From: Vicugna vicugna
Lineage: Eukaryota
Direction: 5' to 3'
Length of the DNA: 64,000 bases
Assembly (NCBI GenBank): GCA_013265495.1
Contig: MU058531.1
Span: 426,678-490,677, forward strand
In this document: piece after piece, positions 47,122 through 59,388 of the stretch
How the letters are laid out: each line of letters starts with the position of its first letter
How positions within the stretch are numbered: the first letter of the stretch is position 1
Translations under genes and position numbers: made by a program
The notes under the pieces: model-generated
The model's database searches: none
Seen by the model: the letters and a program-made list of their open reading frames with translations, nothing else
What the model was told of the DNA's origin: nothing

Positions 47122-50100
47122 CTCATACTTATTCTTAACATCTCAGTTTAGACATCACTTTTCCAGGAAGCTTTACATGACAGCCTACATCCAGATCAGA
47201 TGTTCTTCCTGTGGACTCCCCAGCACATGCCAGCGAATGTTTATGACATTCTGTTGTAAGTGCCTGTTACTTTCTCTGTCTTCCTCACTAGCTGATAAGC
47301 TACACAAAGTAAGGAATATTGTCTCTTTTACCTATAGCTGCTTTTACAGTAACTAGCACAGTGGGTGGCACGAGGTAGGTATTCAGTAGGTATTTGTAAA
47401 ATGAATGAGTAAATAAATGATTGAAATTTCACAAGCAGAAAATTCCAATGATGATAAAAGCCATAGTGTAGATACGGGTCTGTGTGGCAGAAGAGAGGTG
47501 GAGCTGAAAGGCACCAGAATTGAAAAGGCTGAGGGTTTGTCTGCCTTGTTGGTGTCTGGAGGGATTGAAGTTGTTCAGGATGATAGTGAGTCATGAGGTG
47601 GAATAGAAAGATCACGAGCCACAGCCAAGGTCTTCTGTGACAGTGAGCACACCCGGAGGTCAACAGATCAGAGATGAGAAGAGGGTAAATGGTGCAATAG
47701 CCAGAATCTTCAGAGTGTCAAAGAAGGAAGGAATTTTGTGCAAACACGAAGGGATATTTTTCACACCAGAAACATTTTCCCTGTCCATACAAAACTCTCG
47801 GATTGTCTTCAAACCCCATCTCTAGCATATATTTACTGTCCTTAATAATAGCTTTAATACTGGACCCCAAAGATGATAGTGTGTGGTGAATGTTTTCCAT
47901 TGTTGCCTTTCAGGTTTTCATTCCCAAGTTCAGACTCCAAACCTGCCGCTCCTTTTATTGAGACTGCCAGCCCATCATAATGTCTTTGAAAACAACCACA
48001 ATGCCTCCTACAGCAATTGTTTCCTCCCTGGAGAGAAAAAGCCATGTTTTTAACCTTAGCTTTCAAAGTATGCTCTGACTGGCTCATTTTTTTTTCTTTT
48101 AATACTCTCTTCAAAATCCAGTTTTTCTAATGCTCTGTGGCTCAAACTGAATGACTTATTTTCAGAGATGTGAATTACTGCAAACAGGTCTCTTGGGTTC
48201 ATCCTAGTGAAATCAATTATAGGCATTTTTACCATGTGACGTCCTGCCAGGCAGTGTTTTGTATCCCTTTTTATTTAGATCATCCTAGTGAATCTTTATA
48301 CAGTGGTTCCCTTCTCTTGCCCTTCTCTGCCAGAGGTTTCCTTTTGTTGTCCCTGCCTTCTCAGCTCCTGTAGCTGGGAGGAAGGGCACGGTGGGGAAAT
48401 TGGACATACCGGTTTCTTTTCTTCCCTCACATTCATCCCTACTTTTCTTCTCTGACTTCTCCCATTTCCATTCTTCAGTTGTGTCTTGCTGGCCACTTTT
48501 AAGAGGCTGACACATAGGCTCTTGAGACACTAGTCTCACTCTGAAGGACTCCAGAGTGTAGACCTTTGATTTCTGATGCCACAGAAGAGGCTCCTCCCAC
48601 CTTGACTCCCCCCACCCCACACCTGCATGCTTTGACCAGACCCCTCGCTCACAGTCATCACTGTCTTCCACTCTCCCATTTCTTGCTCTTCACTTAGGTC
48701 TGCTGCCGCATCCCCAGAGGTCACTCATTCTGCTGAAGGACATACATTTCCACTCCCTGAGACCACAACGTGATTTGGATAACAGTTTGATTAGAGGTTG
48801 AGGGAAGGAAGGCCTTTGAAAATGAACTCTATGAAGCCATTTAACTGATTTGAGGCTGGCTAGCAGACTATAATGCATAAAATGGTGCTGTCTAAATTAG
48901 TGACATGTGACTATCATACAGTATTGACAGAAAAGTGGTTCTCATGAATTCAGATGGTTGTCTCCTTTGACCTAGAAGGCAGCTTCAGTGCAAGCATGAG
49001 AAAGGAGAGAGAAATTAAACCAGCCTCTGGTAACCCCTGGGTGACAGCTGCTACTGATAGATCATGCTTCTGTCTGAGTAGGAGTAGAATTTCCTCTCAC
49101 AAAACCAGACAGGAACAATAGTAATATAAATGGTAGCCTGCAGCCCACTTTCTCCTCTTGATGTTGTAAAAAGGCTCAAGTTGAAAAGAAAAAAACCCAG
49201 AAGTCTGGAGTTGTCTTTGTGCTGACAGTTTTTCCCTCAGTACTAGGAGACCCAACTACATTCTCCTTGATCTTTCCACCTTCTGCCTTTGTAGGAGGTC
49301 AAAGGAGACTACACAGTCTTTCTTAACCATATTTCCCTCTTAGAAACTCCTTTCTAAGGAAGACTGAGAGCCCCAGGCCTCTGTTTGCTGCTGGCTCTGA
49401 TGCTTCTCTCCAAAATGAGAAACAGACAGAGGGAAAGGTCAGAAGGAGAGCTCTTCCGGTTCAGGATGAATTCCTGTAGAGCATGAGCAAACCCACGCCC
49501 ACCCTCTACTCCACGGTGAGGATGTGGGCCTCTAAAGGCTGCCTGTGTTCCCACAGTGGGAGGGAGCCAGGGCAGATGTGAGTTTTCTTCGCGCTTTCTA
49601 CAGCCCACTAGGTAGGTGGGGAAACTACTGTTACACAATTTTAGAAATGAAGTGGCAGCGAAGCCTGCTCATGTGTCCGGCTAGAGGCATCGGCAACACA
49701 TCAAAGATGCAACCGAGCCTAGGCCCCAAGTCTTCCTTCTCTTGGTTTAAGTTGCCTCTCCCAAGCCTCCATTCTTGGGCAGAAGCCATATTAGTCTGAA
49801 TGAAAAGAAGCTACATTTAAAAAAATTCTGAGCATGTCATTTGTCCTCCAGTCACTGAATGGATGCGTTTATCTAATCTGTGCACACAGAGCTCTGACTT
49901 CATCGTGGTTTGCTAGACTCACCTTCCAGGGCTTTGTGGTCGATATGCAATGCCATTTTGCTGGTTTGTGCTTTGCCCATGTTTTGGAGCAAGCTTAATT
50001 ATGCAAATGCATCTGATAATAGATTATTCATTTTAGTCATGCTCAGTTATTTATTTTTCACGCGTGGCCCCGGATGACTTGAACAGAGCTCAGTAACAGC

Positions 50101-50659
50101 TCATCTCATATATAGCAAGAAGACACAGGAAAGGATATAATTCTGACGGAGGTCAACTGCTCTTCTGGGCATCAAGCTGCTTCAGGAAAAATCACGTGTG
50201 AGGCAAGGCCAGCTATTTCTAGGGAAGATGCCAGCTGTTAGTGCATATCTGTTATTCCCAGACTGAGAGGCCATTTCGTGGGACAGGAGGAGCAGTGACA
50301 CTTGGAGGCAGTAAGACATCACTTGAAATTATGGGTTGAAGGTGAATGGAAAGAAACCTGTTTGGTTACTTCCACTGGTTCCTAAACTGCAGCATTTCCC
50401 CATTTGTGCCACTGGTACCTTTCGCGATAATAAAAAGGAGTCTGGAGGGAAGGCAATAAACTGGAAATAGATATGCTGGGTGTTTCGTCCTCCTTAGAAG
50501 AAAGTAAGTGAAAATAATGCTAGTGAGAAGAAATAGAAAGGCTGGCTCTCTTTAACGCTTCCATTTTCCCATATGTGCCATGATCTTACACAGGACACTG
50601 GCATATTTAAGAGGACTTGACTTTGCCCCTTGAACTTGGCTCACAGGGGCTCATCCTCT

Positions 50660-51135
50660 AGGTGTCAGTTTATTACTTCACCCAAGAAGTCTTCTCTGAA
50701 CACTTTACCTCCATCCTCAACCCCAGAATAGGTGATGCACTCCCGTAAGATTTCTTAGAATCAGGTACATTGCTTGTCAGGCTACTTATTTCATTTAACG
50801 GGATTACTTGTTTAATTGTATGGCTCCCGATCTATGAAGGTGAAGACCATGGTTACGCTCCCTAGTGGGAGCGTAACTCAGTGCTTGAGAGAGGGGAGCC
50901 ACTTAATCTTTACTGAATAAAATAATAAATGATTAGCTGATAGGAAGTTGTGATAGGGGTTCGGGTATCTGTCGTTCTGTTTGTTGCTCATTCTCTTCTC
51001 CTCCCACTGCCTGCACCTAACATGTAAGTTCTGTGAGGTTAGAGATTTCATCTGTTGTATCCGTTAATTTTGCCAAGGCCTAGAACAGGGCCTGGCATGC
51101 AGTGGGTGCCTTTTAATAAATATTTATTCATTGAA
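50660..51135 (+). mobile_element. Two L2 3'-end fragments
   Basis: AAGAAGTCTTCTCTGA...TTACTTGTTTAATTGT; ATGTAAGTTCTGTGAGG...GCCTAGAACAGGGCCTGGCATGCAGTGGGTGC..AATAAATATTT. Confidence 0.75.
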
Positions 51136-51639
51136 CCACTCACTCCCAGATAAAGACTAAGGAGCGTTAAGGGAAAGGGAATCTGCAGGAGGAGGCATCC
51201 ACTTAGTTTTCTATCCTGATTCTACTGCCTCTTCTGTCACCTCGCCGACTGCCGTTATTCTCCCCTTTCCTCTCCTTTAGTTGTCCTTTGTCTAGAGTAA
51301 CCTTACTGCTCAGTCTCTACACCACTCCTGCCCCCACCTCTGTCCCACTGCTGCTTTTCTGTCCAAGAACTCCACGCTCAGTCCACATCCAGCTTCCCTA
51401 ATAAATGCTTATACACCAGATGATTTAACTATTAAAATCCTCCATTTCCTTTTGGTTCTTCACTCAAGGAACCTATCCTACTGCAGTGCTTGAGTTCTTT
51501 ATGACCTGGCTGAATAATTTCCTCAAACTTTCTGTGGGGTGGGGGGAGGTGATTGAGACCTATTTTAGTAAATAGTAGATCACTTTATTCTTTCTAAAGC
51601 ATTTTTGAATGGGTTAGTCTCAGCTAGTCTATACAACAT

Positions 51640-51800
51640 CCCATATGAAGTAGACCAAGGGTGGAAATGGTATCAAATTTGGAGATGAGAAAACCAAGGT
51701 ACAGAAAAGTTGATGGTGGTTCTAAAGCTACAAGAGGTGGTGAAGGTAAAACCTGGATGTGAATCCAGACTTTTCCTTCTTGGTAACATATGACTCTGTA
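51640..51800 (-). mobile_element. MIR
   Basis: GGAGATGAGAAAACCAAGGTACAGAAAAGTT...GGATGTGAATCCAGAC. Confidence 0.6.
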
Positions 51801-52690
51801 GAGAAGACTCTGTTGGGATGAGAAACAAATCACTGCTTGAGTCTAGGCCACAAACTCAATTGTGACCATATTTGCAAAACAAACTAGGAAGCCAAGTCTG
51901 TATCACTAGTCAAATTTTGATAGTAAAAAAAAAAAAAAAGAAAAACTGAAAGCTGCCATTTGGAATTTAGTACTGTACTATTCACCAAATTCTAGCCACG
52001 AAGGGAAAGAAAAATACCACTTTTGAACAACTTGGCATTTTCCCGTTTTAAGTAGAATCTAATACATCATAGGCCTGATGACATTTTAAGAGTTTCAAGT
52101 CTGTAGTGGCTGTCATGACATGAATCATTCAAACGGAGGCCACCTTCCTGAGCAGTGACTCACAGTAAATAGCTTGAAGAGAGAAAAACATATTTTCCCA
52201 TCGTTCAAATGAAACAAACCTACCAAAGCCATGACTACCTTCCAGAAGGCTGGGTGATTCTGTTGTGTCCATGACAGAAGCGTATACTTAAGGAGCGTTC
52301 ACCAAATGAAGAATGCGGACCTCTGAAGGTCAGTCCCTTATCCATCACTAACGAAAAGTATGACCCCAGGTAGGGCTTTCCAATTCTCCTTGCCTCAGCG
52401 TAAAATGGGAGTGAGAGGTCCTTCTGGGTCTGAGAACTGCTGATTTGGGGTCATCTTGCTGCAGTACTGGAGCTGTTACTGATGCCAGGTATTTTCTTAC
52501 CCACCGAGAGAAGCTGTGACACCAAGTAAGGACAGCTCGGAGCGTGGCAGGAGGGTGAGTTGTTTCTGGTTCAACTACAGCTGTTACTAAGAGAGATGGA
52601 AGACACACAGTTACCACTTGGATGGTAAATGCTTTGATTTGCACCAGGATGTTTCTGTTCCTTGAAGAGAATCATTAGGCTCTTACTTAC

Positions 52691-52811
52691 CTAGTAGTAT
52701 CTTCCATGAAAACCTTTGTCATGGCAAAGGAAAGCACAGTAGCCAGTAGTTTGATTGCTCTTCTGTGTGCTTTGTTATGATGATTCCTGGATTCCAGCGT
52801 CGTCCCTTTCC
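52691..52811 (-). other. Candidate spliced exon
   Basis: Acceptor CTTCCCAATTTCTCCTTATCTCAG| and donor TAG|GTAAGT; 121 nt; one frame open. Confidence 0.45.
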
Positions 52812-53117
52812 CTGAGATAAGGAGAAATTGGGAAGCCAGAGAGGATCTGTTTTATCTGTGGCAGGGACGTGATGGGGGCAGTCACTGGTGTGAGGGATGA
52901 CTTTGGTCTCTTAACTGCTCATTGGATGATAGCAGAGAATATTCCTCTAGATCCAGGTACTCATTATTTGTCCTTCCAGATATGCTTAAAGCATTGTTCT
53001 GCTTAGGCCAGTATAGCTCTTTGATGGAGGCTTTCATTTATCAGTGGATAACTTTTTCCTTAGGGTCAAATTTTTCTGGGAGTGGAGGTTTGGGAGTTCT
53101 AACATTATATATACATA

Positions 53118-53835
53118 TAAAGTACAGTCAGTTTACAATGTGTCAGCTTCTATGTACAGCACAGTGCTTCAGTCATACATGAACATATGTAAATTCGTTT
53201 TCATATTTTTTCACCATAAGTTACTACCAGATACCAAATATAGTTCCCTGTGCCATACAGCATGAACTTGTTGTGTATCTATTCTATATATATCAGAATC
53301 TGCAAATCTCAGACTCCCAATTTATCCCTTCCTACCCTTCTCCTCCCCTGGTAACCACAAGTTTGTTCTCTATGTCTGAGAGTCTTTGTTTTGCAAATAA
53401 GTTCGTTTGTCTTTTTTTTTTAGGTTCCACATATAAGTGATACCATATGGTATTTTTTGTTCTCTTTCTGGCTTATTTCATTTAGAATGACAGTCTCTAG
53501 GTCCATCCATGTTGCTTCAAGTGGCATTATTTTATTATTTTTTATGGCTGAGTAGCATTCCATTGTATAAATATACCACAACTTCTTTATCCAGTCATCT
53601 GTTGATGGACACTTAGGTTGCTTCCATGTCTTGGCTATTGTAAATAGTGCTGCTGTGAAAATTGGGGTGCATGTATCTCTTTGAATTAAGGTTCCCTCTG
53701 GATATATATGCCCAGGAGTGGGATGGCTGGCTCATATGATATAAGTCTATTTTTAGTCTTCTGAGGAATCTCCATACTGTTTTTCATAGTGGCTGCACCA
53801 AACTACATTCCCACCAACAAGGTAGTAGGGTTCTC
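53118..53835 (-). mobile_element. 5'-truncated L1 3' end
   Basis: AAGTACAGTCAGTTTACAATG...CTGCACCAAACTACATTCCCACCAACA; reverse-complement homologue of 62512-63259; poly(T) tail not evident. Confidence 0.9.
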
Positions 53836-54267
53836 TCTTTTAAATTCCCACTTTTTCAACCAGTAACATGCAAGTGCTTTAAAGATTTAAATTATTCCAT
53901 CAGGTACATACTCATAACTAATTCCCTTATAACCTAATTAAACGCATTGAATTTGAATAGTCGTATAATTCTTGTCAATACACAATTCAAGCCACTGTTG
54001 CAAAATAAGTTGTTTACAGCTGTGGAAGCCAGTTGCCTAATGAAACCATCGCCGGGAGGCCTCACAGTATTTTCTATCAGGGATAGGCCTGTCCTCCCAG
54101 GGAATTTGTCAGGGCTGCCCAGGACAGACAGTTCCAGGGGTTCTTGTGGTGCTTTCAATGGTCCTAGGTTTGGATGCAGCAAATGCTAACAGAATCATGG
54201 TATGTATGTGGGGTGTGAGAGAGTCAGGGCTGATCATAGTGGCTTCTAGTGCTGTATTTCTGAAAAA

Positions 54268-55140
54268 CATTACAGTAAAGTAGACATAACCAAATTTAAC
54301 ATTTTAACCATTTTCAAGTGTGCAACTCAGTGGCATTAAGTACTTCACAAAATTATGTAACTATCACCACTATCTATTTTCAGAACTTTTTCATCATCCC
54401 ATACAGACACTCTATGATCATTAAACAATACCTTCCTCTTCCCTCTGCTGGTATCCTCTGTTCTACCTTCTGTCTCTCTGAATTTGCCTATTTTAAATAC
54501 CATATATAAGCAGAGTCATGCAATATTTGTCATTTTGTGTCTGGCTTATTTCATTAGCATGTTTTCAAGGTAGCCATGTCATAGTATCTATCAGAATTTC
54601 TTTTTTATGGCTAAATAATATTCCATTATATAGATATGCTCCATTTGTCTGTTGATGGAGAGTTGGGTTATTGCCTTTTTCTGTTGTGAATAATGTTGCT
54701 ACAAACATTGGTGTGCAAGTATCTCAAGTCTCTGCTTTCATTTCTTTTGGGCATGTACTCAGAAGTGGAATTTCTGGATCATACAGTAATTATGTTTAAC
54801 TTTTAACTTTTTTTAATTGAGTCATAGTCATTTTACAATGTTGTGTCAAATTCCAGTGTAGAGCACAATTTTTCAGTTATACATGAACATACATATATTC
54901 ATTGTTGCATTTTTTTCACTGTGATATGTTTAACTTTTTGAGGGACCACAAAACTGTTTTCCATGTAAAAACTGTTTTCCATGTAGGTTGCACCATTATA
55001 TATTACTATCAGATGGGCATGAGGGTTCCAGTTATTCCACATCCTGGCCAACACTTACCTTCTATTTTGTTGTTGTTGTGTTTTGATACTAGCAATGCTA
55101 GTGGTATGAAGTGGTATCTCAGTGTGGTAGTGCTGTATGT
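54268..55140 (-). mobile_element. Old L1 (L1MB-like) 3' region
   Basis: TTAACCATTTTCAAGTGTGCAACTCAGTGGCATTAAGTAC..CACCACTATCTATTTTCAGAACTTTTTCATCATCCCA; local tandem duplication AAAACTGTTTTCCATGTA at ~54950-54986. Confidence 0.85.
54805..54924 (-). mobile_element. Young short L1 3' end nested in the old L1
   Basis: Perfect 14-bp TSD TATGTTTAACTTTT at 54791-54804 and 54925-54938; related to the copies at 2559 and 31829. Confidence 0.92.
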
Positions 55141-55247
55141 TTGATAGAGCAAGTGAAGCAAGGAATAGGAAGAATTTGCTTGTAATTTAACCATTGACTG
55201 TATCCCAGAATTTGCAAGTTCTGCGGTCCATGTAAAGCAGGTTACTT

Positions 55248-57785
55248 GGAGATTTCTCAAGATGGCAGAGTAGGAAGATACTGAGCTCACCTCCTCTCAT
55301 GGACACACCAAAATTACACTATTTACAGAGAAAATACTGATGAGAAGGACCAAAAAAACCTTCTACAACTAAATTTATAAAGGAACCACAATGGAGAAGG
55401 GTTGTAGAGGCAGAGTCAAGACCCATACCCCTGGGGGAGGTGACCCACAAATGAGAGTATCACTATGATTGCAGAGGCTCTCCCCAAGGAGTGAGGGATC
55501 TGAGCCCCACCTCTGGCTCCCCAGCCTGGGGATCCTGCACCAGAGGAGGAGGACGAGCTCCCCGAATGTTTGGCTTTGAAGGCCAGCAGGTCTTCCCTTC
55601 AGGACACCCAGAGGGCTGTGGGAAATAGAGACTCCATTCTTAAAGGGCACACACAGAATCACATATGCTCTAGGACCTAGAGCAGAAGCAGTGATTTGAA
55701 GGGAGCCTGGGTCAGACCCACCTGCTGTCTTGGAGCGTCTCCAGAGAGGCAGGAAGCAACTGCAGCTCACCCTGGGGACGTAGATGCTGGTGGTGGTAAT
55801 TTGGGGGAGCTTGTTCTTCCATGTGGACACTGGTGCTGCCTAGTGTGGAATCATTTAGAATCCTCTGTCTAGCTTATTAGCCTTGGGACCCAGACCCACC
55901 CCTGCCCATCAGCCTGTAGGCACCACTACTGGGATGCCTCAGGACAAGCAACCATCACCTTTTGCAGATGACATCATACTATACACAGAAAATCCTACTA
56001 AAGCTCATCGATGGATTCAGTAAAGTTGTAGGATATAATAATATAGAGAAATCTGTTTCATTTCTTTACACTAAGAAAGAGAAGTTAAGGAAACAATCCA
56101 TTTATAATTGCATCAGAAAGAATAAAATATCTAGGAATAAGTCTAAGGAGGTAAAAGACCTGTACTTGGAAAACTGTAAGACATTAATGAAAGAAATTGA
56201 AGATGACACAGATGGAAAGATGTACTGTGTTTATGAATTGGAAGAATTATTAAAATGACCATACTACCCAAGGAAATCTATGGATTCAATGCAATCCCTA
56301 TGAAAAATTCCAATTGCATTTTTCACAGAACTAGAACAGGTAATTTTTAAAAATTGTATGGAAATACAGAAGACCCTCAATAGCCAAAACAATCTTGAGA
56401 AAGAAGAACAGAGCCAGAGATACCATGCTCCCAGACTTCAGACTCTACTATAAAACTACAGTGATCAAAGGAATAGGATAAAGAACCCAAAAATAAACCT
56501 ACACAATTATGACAAAAGAGGCAAGAATATCCAATAGAGAAAGACAGTCTCTTCAATAAATGATGTTGGAAAAGCTTTTACAGCTACATGTAAAAGAATG
56601 AAATTAGAACATTTTCTTACATCATATACGGAAGTAAACTCAAACTGGATTAAAGACCTAAATGTTAGACCAGAAACCATAAAACTACTAAAAGAAAACA
56701 TAGGCACAACACTCTTTGACATAAATCATAGCAATGTTTTGGATCTGTCTCTTAAGGCAAGGGAAACAAAAGCAAAAATAAACAAATGAGACCTAATTAA
56801 ACTTAAAAGTTTTTGCACAACTAAGGAAACCACTGACAAAATGAAAAGACAATCTACTAAATGGGAAAAAAGTATTTGCAAATGACATGACAGATTAGGG
56901 GTGAATGTGGAAAATATATAAATCTCATACAACTCAATATGAAAAATAGAAACAACCCAGTTAAAAAATGGGTGGAGGACTTGAATAGACATTTTCTCAA
57001 AGAAGACGTACAGATGGCCAATAGGCACATGAAAAGATGCTCAGTACTGCCAATTATGAGAGACATGCAAATCAAAACCACAATGAGATATTACCTCACA
57101 TCTTTCAGAATGGCTATCATCAAAAATACCACAAATAATACATGTTGGTGAGGATGTGGGGAAAAAGAACCCTGTAGACTGTTGGTAGGAATGTAATTTG
57201 GTGCAGCCACTATGGAAAACAGTTTATGGAGGTACCTCAAAAAACTAAAACTCAAACTACCCTAACATCTAGCAACCCCACTCCTGGGTATATATATCCA
57301 AAGAAAATGAAAACACTAATTTGAAAAAATAAATGCACCCCAACATTCATAGCATTATTTTTACAATAGCCAAGATGTCCATCAACAGATGAAAGGATAA
57401 GGGAGATGTGATATACCTATACACTGGAATACTACTCAGCCATAAATAGAGTGAAATTTTGCCATCTGCAACAACATGAATGGACCTGGAGGGTATTATG
57501 CTTAGGGCAGTAAGTCAGACAAAGAAATGAATACAACAAAACAGAAACAGGCTTACATATATGAGTAGAGAGAGGGAAGGGGGATGAATAAGATAGTGGT
57601 AGAGGATTAAAAAATAAAATGTATAAAATAAATAAGCTATAAGGATATATGGTACAGTACAGAGAATATAGCCAGTATTTTATAACTTTAAGTGGAGTAT
57701 TATTTACAAAATTCTGAAACAATTGTATACCTGAAACTAATACTACATTGTGAATCAACTATACTTCTAAAGAAAAAGTTAAGAA
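55248..57785 (+). mobile_element. Internally deleted L1: partial 5'UTR fused to ORF2 RT/C-terminus and 3'UTR
   Basis: CAAGATGGCAGAGTAGGAAGA 5' end; switches at ~55950 to TTTGCAGATGACATCATACTATAC (FADD region); later peptides KDLNVRPETIKLLKENIG and [16 protein letters not shown]. Confidence 0.92.
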
Positions 57786-59272
57786 AAATTGTGACTAAAT
57801 CGCTGACTCACCTTTTCCCACTAGTACCTGTGATCATGAAGCTCAAATTAAATAAATCACCCAGGAACTATTGCCCACACCAGCCTAAGTTCAGAGCATG
57901 TGCTGAAGGGTGGGCCATGTTTCTTGCAGATTTATTCGCTTTTGCCAAATGATAGGTACAGCACCATTTGGTTACCTCCAGAATGCAATAGACTCCATTT
58001 TTTGAAAAGATAAACACTAGAACTCCTTACTAAAACCTACTACTTAAAACACATTCCATTAAAAACATTGGCCAATTTACTCCTTGTAACTATGAGTTTC
58101 TCAAGCTAATATTTCAGATGAGGAAGAAGTGAGGTTTAGCCATTGCTATTCTATAGAGATGTATTCGTTTCGTTTCATACAGAATTCTATGAGGGCTAAC
58201 ATAGAACTATTTTTTACTGACCTTTAATCAGCTTTTGGTTGTGAACAAAAAGTTGGTTAAATCAATCCAAAATATCTTTCTCTCTCCCCAACAGTCAATT
58301 ACTGATGCTTGTACAGAATCTGAAAAATAATATTCCACAAGAATCAAAGTGAGTAGGGGTGCCCCTTAATCAAACAGGCAAGCTTTTCCAGTGAGATAAA
58401 GCGTGGGCTCTGTCCTCACTTCCCTTCGTTTTAATTAGTTTCTTATCATCTGATAACACATTGGGATGAACATCCTTTTATATAAAGCTGCTGTGTTTCC
58501 AATACTGTGATCTAGGAGAGCTCTTAGTAGAAAGCCTGATACGCCGTCTAATTATTACAGAAGGGAAGAACTACAGATTGGATCTACTAACATGAAAAAC
58601 AGGTTTGCAGAGAGCAACTGATTTTTAATTAGTTCTTATTTAATAATTTCACATAGCAAGTCACCTCGCTCAATGCTCTTGGTACGTGTTTTTCATGAAG
58701 GAAATAGTAGGAAATAACATACCTCAAAATTAGGCATTCCAGGAGTGATATTTTAAAATGGTGGAACAGTCATTTGGAATCAGTTGGCCGTGAGATGTTC
58801 TGGGTTAAGCAATTTTGGCCATCCTGTTTAGAGCCTTCTGGAATACAGATTGCATTTTAGTCTGTGGGGGTAAGGCAGAGGGATGCAGATATGATGATGA
58901 ATAAAAACTCAACCTTCTTCCCATATGTTGCCTGAATCCCCTCTCAGAATGGAGGTGAGATGTACATCCTTATTAGGCTTCTCAAATTTCACAAAAGAAT
59001 GTCAACCAATCCTCTAGCTCAGCTGCAAGTTTAAGTAGCAAGAGCAAAGCACCCACGCCAGGTAACTGTCAAGGATTACAAATTTGAATCCTCTTGTGCT
59101 CTTTTCAAACTCTTAGTCAAGAGAAAAATATTTATAAAGAAGGGCTTGGAGGATAAACAATCTATTAAGTCCTCCAAATAAGAGCTTCCCAATTTCTCTT
59201 CGATAGTACAAGTTGCATTTATTAAAAACGAGGACATTGCTGTTTGACAGCTGGTACAGCACTTGTACTTAC

Positions 59273-59388
59273 CGGTCTGAGTGGATGGCGGCCGCATTTG
59301 AAAATGAGATTCTTTTCCATGTCCCAGGGTCATGTGGAGCCTCTCACCCACCGTCACGCCATGAGGGTAACTGTACTTCTAGTGTCTG
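59273..59388 (-). other. Candidate spliced exon (non-coding or 5' exon)
   Basis: Acceptor TTATTTTCTCCTTCTCTCTTTGACAG|CAG (NAGNAG) and donor CCG|GTAAGT; 116 nt; stops in all three frames near its 5' end. Confidence 0.5.

Larger units (their letters stand above)
40170..47420 (+). mobile_element. L2 split by the long L1 (L2 parts ~40170-40486 and ~47122-47420)
   Basis: GGCTAACTCATA.. continues as ..TTCTTAACATCTCAGTTTAGACATCACTTTTCCAGGAAGC and ends at an L2 tail (AGCACAGTGGGTGGCACG...AATGAATGA). Confidence 0.75.

Noticed and set aside
55955..55975. Spliced L1 (SpIRE) junction at TTTGCAG|ATGAC
   Set aside because: ORF2-derived bases upstream of the AG are retained, so the junction is not at this acceptor.
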